Assembly: GCF_009914755.1 (NCBI RefSeq)
Contig: NC_060940.1
From: the human T2T-CHM13v2.0 reference genome, Homo sapiens
Direction: 5' to 3' (one strand)
Length of the DNA stretch: 64,000 bases
Of this stretch, positions 38,223 to 55,682 are shown in pieces; position 1 is the first letter of the stretch; every line of letters starts with the position of its first letter. Under the pieces are notes generated by a model. It was not told where the DNA came from, did no database searches, and worked only from the letters and a program-made list of their open reading frames with translations. The translations under genes were made by a program, and so were the position numbers.

Positions 38223-38631
38223 TGTGTTAGTGTGTTTGTGTTGTTGTAAAACAAATAACTAAGACTGGGTCATTTATAAAGAAAATAGATTTATTTGGCC
38301 CTTGGTTCTGCAGATTGTACACAATGCATAGTGTCAGCATCTGCTTGTGGTGAGGGCCTCAGGAAGATTACAATCATGGCAGAATTTGAAGGGGAGCCAG
38401 CATGTCATAGGGCAAGAGAGGGAGCAAGAGAGAGAGAGGGAAGGTGCCACACTCTTAAACAACTAGATCTCCTGTAAACTCTTTACCACTTATTACCCAA
38501 GGGAGGGAACCAAACCATTCATGAGGGATTTGCCCCCATGACCTAATACCTCCCACTAGGCCTCACATCCAACAATACAGGTCACATTTTAATATGAGAT
38601 TTGGAGGGGATAAAACATCCAAACCATATCA
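38223..38631 (-). mobile_element. MaLR solo LTR (MSTA/MSTB-like)
   Basis: tgtgttagt...gactgggtcatttataaagaaa...ggcctcaggaag.ttacaatcatggcagaa...tgagatttggagggga...aaaccatatca, typical of an antisense MST LTR. Confidence 0.85.
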
Positions 38632-38859
38632 ACTGTTCACTGCTAACTACTAAATCAAAGAATTAATTTTTTACAGGCAATGTATTTTTTTTCTTCATTC
38701 AAAAGAAAAATACTTGACTGGACCTTATGAGGAGAAAATGTTAATCTCTTGCAGTTTTTAATTAAATAAAATAATTTGAGGCTATTTTTGCAAATTAAGG
38801 CCATTGAGAAGGACTCTAGACTGTAAAAAGATTCCAGACATTTTCTATAAACATATTTC

Positions 38860-38861
<2 letters not shown>

Positions 38862-38897
<36 letters not shown>
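38862..38897. repeat. (TA)n microsatellite
   Basis: About 18 uninterrupted TA units. Confidence 0.95.
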
Positions 38898-38900
<3 letters not shown>

Positions 38901-39471
38901 GTTATCATAGTAGATTTACACCATTGCCATCTGGAAGTAATTCCCTTATTCAACACAGAAGGATTTCTCATCCTTCTCCTAAATATTTTCTTCTAGCTCA
39001 GAGTGCCTGTGGCCAAAAACAAGAGATTTTAAAACAACAACAAAAACAAAAAATTCTGCTATCCCCATATGGGTTATCTTTCTTTTGTAGTCTTCTTTTT
39101 ACTTGAGTTAAAATATTTCCTTTGAATTCAGACTGACAAAGATATTGAAGGACATCGAATGTCGTTTAGAGCACTGTTCCTGCGCCTGTTTTCACTAGAT
39201 CAATAGTGGAGGTGACTGGAGATATTGGAAGAAAGAAATAAACTAGGGTAGCTCATATCACCCATTCCATGTTTTTTGTCTTTAGGATGTCCCAGCCTGC
39301 AGTGAAAATGAATTCTGTTCTGCCTCTGCTATGCGGTAAATTTAGCAATAAAGTTTCTGCTCTGTGCCCTGTACTGGAGTGTAGTGTAGGAAAATCCCTG
39401 TTGCTAAGCACCACGCCAACAACACCATGAGCTACAGAGCTCACATGTTTATTTCATTATGCTTTACTTCT

Positions 39472-39748
<277 letters not shown>

Positions 39749-40416
39749 TTCATTATGCTTTATTTCTATGTCTATCTTGAATTGTTTCATATTCAGAGAA
39801 AACAGGAAGGTAAGTTGTTAACATTCTTCATTGCAACAAATTTTTAGAACTAATTCTATATTGAGGAATGTCTTACATTTTAACCAAAACCTTTTGATAA
39901 ATTACAAAGTTGCTGAATATATCTAGATCTAAATCTTAAACTATATCTATAGCTATTATATAGATGTATATGATTTATCAAGAGCTATTATCTGGAATAT
40001 ATACTTGATTCCTTTTACAATTTTCATAATGTAACCAGAAAATGACCCTTGAGATCCTTGAGAGTGATTATATAAACATACCCTTGATTTGCTATCTCCA
40101 GCCTAATTATCACAGTTAAAATTTTGGTATCAAAAATGGAGCAAAGATAATAAGACTTGTAAAGCAGCAGACCTTACAAAATGTTAAAAACAATTTTATT
40201 TACATAGTGCATCCACACAGACCTAATTATATGTATTAAACCTAATGTTTAACATTATTAGCAAGTCAGAGAATTTAGAAAAATCAGACATAATTTTAGA
40301 TAAAATAAATATTAATACTAGTCATTAATATAATCCCTGTTTGATAAAATGACTATATGAAAATAACTGCCCTCAAATTATTTTCAGCTCACATATTTTT
40401 AATGAAAGGAGATGGT

Positions 40417-40708
40417 GGCTGGAGGCAGTGGCTCACGCCTATAATGACAACACTTTGGGAGGCCAAGGCCGCGGATCACTTGAGATCAGGAGTTCAAGAC
40501 CAACCTGGCCAACCTGGTGAAACTTTATCTGTACTAAAAATACAAAAGTTAGCTGGTTGTGGTGGTGGGCGTAATCCTAGCTACTCAGGAGGCTAAGGCA
40601 GGAGAATCACTTGAACACAGGAGGTGGAGGTTGTAGTGAGCCAAGATGGTGCTACTGCACTCCAACCTTTGTGAGAGATCAAAACTCTGTCTCAATGAAT
40701 AAATAAAC
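40417..40708 (+). mobile_element. AluS-like SINE
   Basis: Full Alu dimer with TSD aaggagatggt. Confidence 0.9.
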
Positions 40709-40907
40709 AAGGAGATGGTATGGAATCATTATTAATTTTGGGCCCCTCATGTTAGCTAATATGTTTAAACCTAGGTCAAGATAGAAACTGACCCAGATTA
40801 TTACCATGTTTCAGTGCATAATATTTTAAAATAATTCAACACTGACACATAATACTATGCTATTCCACTTAGATATAAAAAAATGGTAAGAGAAGTCTCA
40901 TGTTCTT

Positions 40908-41414
<507 letters not shown>

Positions 41415-41567
41415 GAATGAAAGTACACCGAAAGTTTTAACTTAACAAATTTTATTTATGCCTCACATTGATGGAGTGATAAAAACAAATAAGTAATACT
41501 AATGAACGTATAGGATATTTTACAATTTTTTAAAAAATTAGAACTTTATGTATACAAAGTAATTTAA

Positions 41568-41865
<298 letters not shown>

Positions 41866-42129
41866 GCAAAGTGATTTAAATTTATCAACAATTTTATCTT
41901 AACGCAAAATTTTTGTCATTTGTGATATTTTCCAATAGCTTATCCGAATTCCTTAGGATCAGATTTCAAAATAAGATTTCCAAGTCAGATTCTTTGAAAT
42001 TACAATCCAAAAATATTTAGATTTTAGAAAGGTAATGTGGTAAATATTCTGCCTATTATGGAATAACTCTAGTGGCAAATCATATGAATAATCACATGAA
42101 CTGGGATCAATAAGACTATAAATACCCCT

Positions 42130-42602
<473 letters not shown>

Positions 42603-42858
42603 CTATAAATACCCCTACATCAGCATAGATCAGATTTTCCAAAACTTAGGTTTAGGTATTCATAACTGTTGAATTTTGTAATTCCACATGAAGAATTGTA
42701 GATCTGCATATATTTTCAAATACTAATATTTATAATTACATAGTTTATAATTTATAAGTCCAATTTTTGGTTATTTTCATTATTAATACTTTTCCAGTCA
42801 TCTACCCTTTCTAAAAGAGAATACAAAATGCTTCTTTTCCTTTTTTTTTGTTTTCAAG

Positions 42859-45800
42859 GCTAGAACCAAGATGGGGCAAAGGCCGGGGCAGATCTAGGGC
42901 ACAAGCAGGGCAGGCTAGGGCAGGGCAATGGCAGGGCCAGCCATGGCAGGGCACAGGTGGGGCAGGGTCAGTGCCACGGCTGGGGCAGGACAAGGACGAG
43001 GACCGGGGTCCAGGCCAGGGCAAGGGTATGGCCAGGGCAGAGGTAGGGCCAGAGCCAGGGTCTGGGCAGGACCAAGGCAGGTCCATTGCAGGGCCAGGGT
43101 TCAGACCAGGGCCAGAGTAGGGCTGGGACAGGGCCAGGGCCAGGACCTGGAAAGGGCAATGTCAGGACAAGGGCCATGGCAGGACCAGCAACGGGGCTAG
43201 GGCCAGGACAGGGACAGGGAGAGGGTCAGGGCTAGGGCCAGAATAGCATACCAGGGTAGAGCCAGGCCAAATTAGGGCCAGGACAGGGTCAGGACCAGGG
43301 CTGGGTCAGTGTATGGCCTTAAGTATTGAAGGGCCAGGGCCAGGGTCCATGCCAGTGCCAGCGCCGGTCTAGGGCAGAGGCAGGGCTATGGCCAGGTCTA
43401 GGACAAGGCTGGGGCAGGGCCAAGTTCTGGGTCAGGGTCAGCACAAGACCAGGACAGAGCCAGGAGAGGGACAAGGCTGTGGTCGGGCCAGGTTAACTCA
43501 GGGACAAGACACCTGAAAATCCACTTCAGGGCCAGGGTCAGGGCAGCACCAGTTCAGGGCCAGGGCCAAGACAGGGCCAGGGCCAGAGCTGTCAGGGTTA
43601 TTGGCAGGGCAAGGGCCATGGCAGGACCAGGGTCAGGAGCAGGGGTCAATGCCAGGCCAAGGCCACAGATAGGACCAGGTCTGTGCTAGGGCCAGTGTGA
43701 GAGCCAAGGCAGGGTCAGGGCAGGGCCAAAGGGAGGGCAGGGCCAGGGCAGGGTGGAGCAGGCCCAGGGTAGCACAGGGTTAAGGTAGGGCACGACCAAC
43801 CAGGGCAGGTCTATGGCTGGGGCTGTGGCAGGGCCACGTCCAGGGCAGGGCCAGAGCCAGGGCAGGGCCAAGACAGTGGCAGCTCCAGGGCAGGGCCAGG
43901 GTTAGGACCACGGACATTTCCAAGGCCAGTGCCAGGGCAAGGGCAAGGGCAGGGCAGGGCCAGGTTCATCTAAGAACCAGGGACAAAGCCAGGCCCACAG
44001 CAGGGCCAGGACAAGCACCTGGCAGGGCTAGCATCTGGGACAGGGCCATGGCAGGGCCAGGGCCACAAGCAGGTCTGTGCTATGGCCAGGTCCAACACAG
44101 TGCCCAAGTAAGGCTAGGGTGAAGGTCAAGGTAGGGCCAGGGCAGGGTCAAAGCCAGGCTAGGGCCAAGGCAGGGGCAGGGCCGGAAGGCAGGGCCAGGA
44201 AAGCATAGGGCCAAGGCAGGGCAGGGCCAGGCCAGTGCCAAGACCTGGGCAGGGCCAGGGAACAGCCAGGGCAGGGCCAGGGCCAGGGCCATGGCCATGG
44301 CCTGGGCAGGTCCAGGTTTGGGGCAGGAGCAAAACAAGGGCAAGGACAGTGCAGGATCTTGGCACAGCCAGGGTCCAGGATAGTGTCAGGGCAGGGCCAA
44401 GGCAGGGTCTGGGCCATGGTAAGACCAGCAACAGGGCTGGGGCTAGGCCAGTGACAGGACCAGAGTCAGAGCAAGGGCCAGAGCAGTGCAAGGCCAGGGT
44501 AGGGCCAGGCATTTCAGGGTCAGGGCCAGGGGAGAACCAGGACAAGGTCTCAAGCAGGGAAGGGCCAGGGCCAGGGCCAGGGCCAGGACAGGTCCAGGGC
44601 AGGGCCATGACAGGGTCAGGGGCTGCGTTAGGGCAAGGGCAGGGCCAGAGCAAGGTAAGGGTCAGGGCCAAGGCTGGGGTAGGGACAGGGCAAGAAATAT
44701 GTCAGGACCAGGGGCAATGCCAAGGCCAAGGCTGGGCCAGGGCTGAGCCAGGCCAGAGTCAGGGCAGGGCAGGGCAGGGCATGGTATGACCAGTGCAGGA
44801 CAGGACAAGAGCCGGTCCACAGAGAGAGCAGGGCTGATGCCAAGAAAAAGCCACGCTAGTGTCAAGGCTGAGGAAGTGTCAGAGCATATCCAGGGCAGGG
44901 CTGGGTCCAGGGCCAGAATCGAGCCAGGGCACAGCCAAGGCAGGGTAGGGCAGGGAAATAGCAGCAGGGCCTAGCGAAGACTAGGGTGAGGGCTAAGGTA
45001 AGGCCAGGGCAGGGTCAAAGGCAGAGTAGGGCCAGGGCAGCATGATGACACATCCAGAGCACAGCAGGGCAGGGTGATGGCAAGACCAGGGGCAGACCAC
45101 TGCCAGCTCAGGGCCAGGGAAAGGCCAGTGCAGGGCCAGGAAAGGGTCTGGGTCTGGGTCAGGGCCAGGAACAAGGCAGAGGAGGGCCAGGGCCATGGCA
45201 GAGTCAGGGCAGGTCCTTGACAGGACCAGGTTCCAGGCCAGGGCCAGGGCAGCAGCAGGGGCAGGGCCTGGATAAGGGTAGGGCCAGGGATATGCCAGGA
45301 CCAGGGCTAGGGCCAGGGACAGGCCATAGTGAGGGCAGGGCAAAAGCCAAGGCAGGGTCAGGGCAGGTCCAGGGAGCGGCCAGCACCAAGCGGGGCCAAG
45401 GCACAACCATTGGGTAAGGCAGGGCAATGGCACCACTGGGCCATGACAGGGCAAGGTCAGTGCCAGGAGAGGGCAGAACAGGCAGGCCCATGGTGGGGCC
45501 AGGGCAGGGATGGGCCAAAGCAGGGCCAGGACATGTCCAAGGCCAGGTCAGGGCCAGAACAGGAGCAGGACCATGACCATTGGCAGGGCCAGTGCCACGA
45601 CAGGACAAGGGTCAGGACAAGGGGCAGGGCCAGAGCCAGGGCCAGAGCCAAGGTCAGGCCAGTGCAGGTTCAGGGCAGGGCCAGTGTCAGGGCAAGACCA
45701 GGGCAGGGACAGGGTATCACAGGGCCAAGACAGGGTCAGGATGGGACCAGAGCAGGACTTGGCCGAAACAGTCCAGGTAATAGTAGGGCAGGTACACGGC

Positions 45801-45860
45801 AAGGCAGGGCAGTACAGGGCCAGATCCATGGCAGGGGCAGGACAAAGCCAGGCCTATTGC
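42859..45860. repeat. CAGGG repeat (degenerate CAGGGC/CAGGG array, G-rich on +)
   Basis: About 3 kb of degenerate gggcagggccagggc/cagggtcagggc. It matches the CAGGG repeat class known from hominoid pericentromeric duplication junctions. Confidence 0.88.
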
Positions 45861-46669
45861 CAATGCACCAGTCCTCCCTACAAGGCTCCTACCACCTGGC
45901 CACTGCTGCAGCCCGTCCATCACTGCAAGCCTGACCCCCAACCCTGGCTGCAGCCGCCTGCCCTCCTAGCGCGGCCGCTCTCCTACCGCTCCGGCGCACT
46001 GCAGTCTCCGTTGCTGCCACCCACCTGCAGCGAGGCGAGCCATGGTGTCGCAGGCTCTAGGTGTCTCCTCCTCCTCCTGGCATGGAGCAGCTGGGCGGGC
46101 AAAGCCAGAAAAGCCTAGAGGAAGATGTGAGGGGCGGAAGGGTTAGAGCCTCAACTTGTCATGCTGGCCACTGGGTGGCAGGGGCCAGTTTCAGCAAAGG
46201 CACTCACACCCACCCTCCAAAGTCCAGCCTCTCCTTTTGGTCCAAGCTGGCCCGGAACTGGAGTCTGGGGTGGGTGCTGGAGATACCACAGCACCCAGCT
46301 CCCCACTCCACAGGAATCATTGGGCCCACTGGGGCTGCACTCCTCGGGGAGCAGGAGAAGCAGAAAAATTCAGACCCAGCCAACCCTCCGCACCTAGGTG
46401 CCAATTCCTGTTCCAGACGCCTCCACACACAGGGCCCTGTCCCCCGTGGTGTCCCCAGGGGTGCCTGGCAGCCTCTGAGGCACAGACCCAGAGTGCACAG
46501 GCCCAGGAACCACGGTGGGTGTGGGGGCTCTGCCATGCTCAGGATTCCCACGCAAACGCTGCATGCCTGCTGCACTCCAGTATGACCAAGAGTGGGTCGC
46601 CCTCTGGAATGTGGAGTCAGGGAGAGGAGAACCACTCCTTCCTTGGATGCCAACTCTCCTGACCGCCGT

Positions 46670-46975
46670 CAGCAGTGCAGCCACTGATAGCACCGAACTC
46701 GCCCCCCCTCCACGGCTAGTCCTGCCCTCAATAGCGCCCCCCACCTCCGTCCCCCAATGCCACCAGTAGCGTATACCCTATAGTGCCCTAACGTGTCCTC
46801 CTCCATGGGCATTGCAGCCCCAGAAAGTGCCCATAACCCACCCTCCCTGCCGTGGGAAGTGCAGCCCTGTACAGTGCTACCAACCAGTACCCCTAATGCA
46901 GGCAATGACACCCTGCATAGCGCCCCCAACCCACCCCACACTGCAAAAGGTGCAGCCCTGGATAGCCCCTGTCCT
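46670..46975. repeat. Degenerate ~46-bp GC-rich tandem repeat, ~7 units
   Basis: A gcagtgcagccc..gatagcgcccccaacc-like core recurs, with the atag-equivalent at 46687, 46731, 46780, 46824, 46871, 46917 and 46962. Confidence 0.7.
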
Positions 46976-47142
46976 ACCACTCTGGTCGTGCTGCACACTC
47001 TGTCACCGCCACCACCAACCACAGTGAGGCAAGCCAGTGGTCCACAAGCTCTAGCACCCAGCAGCCAGGCATGGAGCAGCTCTCACCGATGGCCAGCTCC
47101 TACCACTCTGACCACGCTGCTGTCTCCCTGGCCATCTTCTTT

Positions 47143-48325
47143 GACTACAAAGGAATAAAACTAGGTATCAGTAAGAAGAGTAATTTTGGAAACAATACAA
47201 TCACATGGAAGTTAAACACTACCCTCCTGAATAAATGACTAGCGGGTCAATGAAGATACTAAGACAGAAATTCAAAAATTTCATGAAACAAAGGGTAATG
47301 AAAACACAGTATACCAAAACTTGTTACGCAGAAAACAGTACAAAGGCAGAGATTTACACTATAAGTGCCTACCATCCAAACAAAAGAAAAACTTCAAATA
47401 AACAATACATCTTAAAGAACTAGTAAAGTAAGAACAAACTAAACCGAAATTAAGAAAATAACTAAGATCGTAGCAGAAATAAAATTGAAATAAGAAACAC
47501 ACAAGATTAAATGAAAAGTTGGTTTTCTGGAAAGCTAAACAAAATTGACAAACTTTTAACCAGGCTAACTAAGAAAAAAGAGACAAGATTCAAATAAAAT
47601 CAACAGATTAAAAAAAAGGAGACACTACAACTAATAACTTCAGAAATTCAAAGGATCATAACTGGCTATTACATGCCAATAAATTGGAAAGCCTAGTAGA
47701 AATTGGCAAATTCCTAGATGCATAAAACCTACTTAGGTTGAATAATGAAAATATCCAAGACCAGAACAGATTGGTAACAAGTAATGAGATTGAAGCCATC
47801 AGAAAAAGTCTCCCAGTAAAGAAAAGCCCAGGAACTGATGTCTTCACTGCTGATGGCTTCACACCAAACAATTTAAAGACCTTGTACGAATCCTACTCAA
47901 ACTATTTTGAAAAACAGGAGGGAATACTTCCAAACTTATTCTATGAGACCATTATTACTGTGATACCAAAATCAGACAAAGGCATCAAAGAAGGAAACTA
48001 CAGGCCAGTATCTCTAATATTGATGCAAAAATCCTCAACGGAATACCAGTGAATCAAATTCAGTAATACATTAAAAAGATAATTCATCATGATCAAGTGG
48101 AATGTATCCCTGGGATGCAAGGGTCACTCAACATACAATGTGATGCATCATATCAACTAAATAAATGACAAAAACAGTATGATCATGTCAACTGAAACTG
48201 AAAAAGCATTCGATGAAATTCAACATCCCTTCATGCTATTAATCCTCAAATAAACGGGTACAGAAGAAACATACCACAACATAATAAAAACTACAGGAAA
48301 GACACCCACAGCTAGAATCATATGG
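47143..48325 (+). mobile_element. Old LINE-1 ORF2 fragment (endonuclease-RT linker into RT), disrupted
   Basis: The ORF at 47738 gives NEIEAIRKSLPVKKSPGTD...EGILPNLFYE..IT.IPK..K...EGNYRPVSL, which resembles L1 ORF2. Multiple frameshifts and stops. Confidence 0.9.
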
Positions 48326-48329
48326 AGGG

Positions 48330-48600
48330 AGGTCCAGGCTGCAGTGATCTGTGATCCCACCAATGCACTCCAGCCTGGGCAACAGAGTGAAACCCTGTCT
48401 TAAAAAAATATGTAAAAAGAGGTATGAGCCTCTTTTATAGGTGCAGTGACTCACATCTGTAATGCTAACACTTTCTGGGAGTCTGAGGTGAGAGGATCTC
48501 TTGAGGCCAGGAGTTCAATATCAGCCTGGGCAACATAGCGAGACCCTTCATCTACAAAAAAATTTAAATATTTGCCAGGTGTGGTTGCATGTGCCTGTAT
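48330..48600 (+). mobile_element. Two Alu fragments (3' end of a right arm; AluJ/FLAM-like left arm)
   Basis: ggctgcagtga...cactccagcctgggcaacagagtgaaaccctgtc, and cagtgactcacatctgtaat...gaggccaggagttc. Confidence 0.75.
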
Positions 48601-48619
48601 TCTTAAACAATTATCAGAT

Positions 48620-49190
48620 GACCCAGATAGTCTATTCCTTAGGGATATACCCAAGGGAAATGAAAATATACATCCACACTAAAATTTGTACACAAATGTT
48701 CATAGCAGCATTGTTCATAATAGCCAAAAATTGGAAAAAAAACTCAAGTGCCTATCAACAGAGGAACTGATAAAATATGGTATATCCATTCAAAAGATTA
48801 CTCAGCATTAGAAAAGAGTGAAGTGCTGATATACGCTACAGCATGGATAAACCTTGAAAACACTGTGCCAAGTGAAATAAGTCAATCACAAAAGACCATA
48901 TGTAGTAAGATTTCATTCTGTGAAATCTCCAGAAGAGCTAAACTCAGAGACAGAAAGTAAGCTAGTTATTGCCAGGGACGAGAGGAAAAGGGAATAAGGA
49001 TGACTGCTAATGGGTATGGGATTTCTTGTGGACTGATGAAAATGGTCTGAAAGTATCTAGACACCTGTCTTGTTTGTGTGATTCTGTGAACATATTATAA
49101 ACCATAAAATTCTGCACTCAAGGGGTTGATTTCATGGTAGGTGAATTTATCTCATTTATCTTTATCTCAATAAAGCTTTCTAAAGAAACT
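48620..49190 (+). mobile_element. L1M-type 3' end fragment
   Basis: atatacccaagggaaatgaaaatata...caaatgttcatagcagcattgttcataatagccaaaa...ctcaataaagct. Confidence 0.8.
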
Positions 49191-49367
49191 TTAAAAAGAC
49201 ATCTGTATAACCTACAAAAATAACACACTGAGAGACTAAAATGCCTAATTTTTCCATTTTTCTTCTTCAGCGCAATCTGAAGTCAAAAAGTCTTTCCTTC
49301 CTATGTATGCATATTTTGTCCAGTGAAACAAGAAACTCTATTAATTTTTTTATTAGAAATAAAAAAA

Positions 49368-51184
<1,817 letters not shown>

Positions 51185-51899
51185 TAGTGGATAGTGTATA
51201 CTAAGCAACATATACCCTGCTTTTGCCTAGAACATACTGAAAACATGGCATTAAAACAATCACAAAAGTTGGGAGCTGAGAAAAATCATATACTGTAAAA
51301 CAAATCTGACAGATATTAATCTCAGGAAGCTCCTGAAAATGTCTCAAGAACTCCTATGCTGCACTCTCCCTAATAATTTAGACTTTCTACAGATATTTTC
51401 TGATCATCTACCGTGTGTCAGGCACCATGCCAGGTACCAAGATGCCATGGTGAGGAATACACAAAACCGGCTCCTGCTTGCAGGACACCTACTCTCTCAA
51501 ACAGTGCTTGCCAAGCTCGACTGATCACAACTTGGGAGCTTGTTTAAGTTCCAAATCGGCTTCCCTGCTTAGGTGAGCCACAATCCGTGGCATTTTTATC
51601 AGGTGCTCCCAATGATTCCTACGCTCTAACGGGTTTGGGAGGAAAGGGTGGGGGTTAGCTCGAGAGCCCAGACCCATCCCGTCCAGCGGGGGCCCCACCT
51701 CTAAAGTCCATGTCGCTCAGCATCCTTCCCCCTGACTAGTGGCCCAAACACAGCAGGAAGCTGAGGTGGGTGGAACGCTTTCCAAAACAGCACTCTGTGA
51801 TGAGCCACCGACAGACTTGCTCACCTCCGGGGACGAAGAGCTCCCTCCTCACAAACCCCACCCAGGAAAGGTAGCACCTGAGCCTCCCGGGCTGCACTG

Positions 51900-52900
51900 A
51901 CACCTGTCTCCCCGCGGGTGCCGCCTACTGCTCCAGTGGACTCCAGTCCCCAGGTTCCGACCCACGGGGACTGGGGAGAGTGGGGGAGGCGCCGCGAGCA
52001 TTAGGCGCCGACTGTATACCGACACCCCCTCTCCGGTGTGCGCAGGCCAACACCCATACACACCCTCACACACCCACACCCACTCTAGTGGAAACTGAGG
52101 CAGGCAGGCTTTGGACCAGGTCCCGCCGCCTGAAGGCTCGCAGCTGGGATGGAACCCGGACTGCGAGACGCCTTCCGCCTCACAGGCGCTCCTCAGCCTC
52201 AGGCCCGGCCTGGCTCCCACCGCCGGAGTTTCACAAAGAAAGTCTCCCGGCCCGAGCCCCTCACGCACTCACCGGCACCGACGCCGGCGGCGACTCGGGC
52301 TCCCGCCGCCTTCAGCTCCTTGTGGTGGTTGGCCCTTGGGTGGGCTCCGGCGCCAGCGGCGGCGATTGCTCCATATCCACGGGGTCCGGGCCGCATCCGC
52401 CTCGATCTAACGGTCCCGCCAGCTAGGCGCGCGCGCCGGTTCCGCGCGCCATGTTCCCGCCGTGCTGCGCACCGCCCAGGTGACCCTCGCTGCCCGCTAA
52501 CCGCGCGCGCGCCCCCGCGGGCCCACACATGAACCGCGCACGCGCGCGTTAGCCGCACCCCCTCCCCGTGCGCCCCGCCTCACGCCCTCTAGAGCTGGCG
52601 GCTGTTCCCAATGCCTTGCCCACCCCTGCCGGGCCCGTCGGACTCGGCGGGTGAGTGCGTGGTTCCCCGCTCCGCACCGCCGCCTGCCTCTCTGCAGACC
52701 ACCCCGGACCCAACCCCTCAGCCACTTCCCCACACTGCCCCTTTCGCTTCCCCCACCACGCGGGGCCTAGGAAGAGGGTCTGGGCCAAGAGGAACTTCCC
52801 CGCAAGAAGTACCGAGCTAAGGACGCTACTAAGGGGGCGGGATCGCCACCGTGGAGGTGTGCGAGCACATGCCTGCGTCAGGGAGACAGCCAGAGTCAAC
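51900..52900. promoter_or_regulatory. CpG island / duplicated TTC28 promoter
   Basis: High GC and CpG density, (CG)n runs at ~52426, 52502 and 52541, and a GC box (ggggcgggat, ~52834). It surrounds the TTC28 exon-1 copy. Confidence 0.8.
52273..52374 (-). pseudogene. TTC28: Duplicated TTC28 coding exon 1 with a premature stop
   Basis: The minus strand from ATG at 52374 gives MEQSPPLAPEPTQGPTTTRS*RRREPESPPASVP|gtgagt. TTC28 as I recall it begins MEQSPPPAPEPTQGPTPARSRRRREPESPPASAP. The segment is 102 nt, TGA lies at 52314-52312, and the donor is intact. Confidence 0.88.
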
Positions 52901-52983
52901 GGAGAAGCTGAGTTCAAGTCCCACATCTCCACTAACCCTTGCGTGTTAGGGTCAGGGCTTCGGGACTTGTTTCTCCTAAATCT

Positions 52984-53283
52984 TTTTTTTTTTTTTTTTT
53001 TTTTTTGAGACAGTCTCGCTCTGTCACCCAGGCTGGAGTGCTGTGGCGCGATCTCGGCTCACTGCAAGCTCCGCCTCCTGGGTTCACGCCATTCTCCTGC
53101 CTCAGTCTCCCGAGCAGCTGAGAATACAGGCGCCTGCCACCACGCCTGCTAATTTTTGTATTTTTAGTAGAGACAGGGTTTCACGGTGTTAGCCAGGATA
53201 GTCTCCATCTCCTGACCTCGTGATCCTCCCACCTCAGCCTCCCAAAGTGCTGAGATTACAGGCGTGAGCCAGCACGCTCAGCC
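52984..53283 (-). mobile_element. AluY-like SINE, full length
   Basis: Diagnostic caagctccgcctcc..ggttcacgccattctc. TSD tgtttctcctaaatct at 52968 and 53284. Confidence 0.93.
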
Positions 53284-53589
53284 TGTTTCTCCTAAATCTA
53301 AAGACTCAATATAATAATCAAGAGAACGCCTCAGCACCGCGCCTAGCACTTAGTAGGTAGTGATCAAGAGAGAAGACCTCTTAAGTGGTTTTAATGGTTA
53401 AGGACCACAGGTTCTCAAGAAAGGGAAATCTCAATTCAAGTCCCACCTCCATCTCTTGGAAACTGAGAAACCTTGAACTAGTCACTCAGAGGAGCCAAAG
53501 ATCCTTGATTTCTACATGTGCAAAAGGGGAGTGTGGCAGTAGCACTGCAGAGGGTTGACTGAGCTTTCAGGGTGATGATGACTATATGA

Positions 53590-55036
<1,447 letters not shown>

Positions 55037-55355
55037 CATATCCCAGGGCCCAATGCCTGGCACACACAAAGCTGAGTTTCACTGGTGTAATTCCCACCCT
55101 ATCCATCCAAGAATCCTAAAAGTTTAATGAAAGGGGCTCTGCTCCCAAAACCCTGTGGTATAAGTAGCTGGGAGGAGTTCGCCCGACTTGGGGCTGCAAG
55201 GACTCTTTCTTCCCACCTGTTTGCTTTCCTTTCTCTCCCCCAAACTTCTCTGAAAACCCTAAAGTTGGCAGAAAAATGGAGAATGTTTTCCCTACTAACA
55301 AAAAGAATCTTCAAGAGTCTCTTGGGATTTGTAAATGGTTGCATTTACTAGTCTG

Positions 55356-55682
<327 letters not shown>

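Noticed and set aside
42811-46118. G/Q/R/P- and P/W/L/C-rich ORFs resembling collagen or mucin
   Set aside because: They are frame-independent translations of the CAGGG repeat.
47143-49190. Active LINE-1, including the known mobile L1 in TTC28 intron 1
   Set aside because: These are short, highly diverged, frameshifted fragments with no 5' UTR or ORF1, not a young L1HS.
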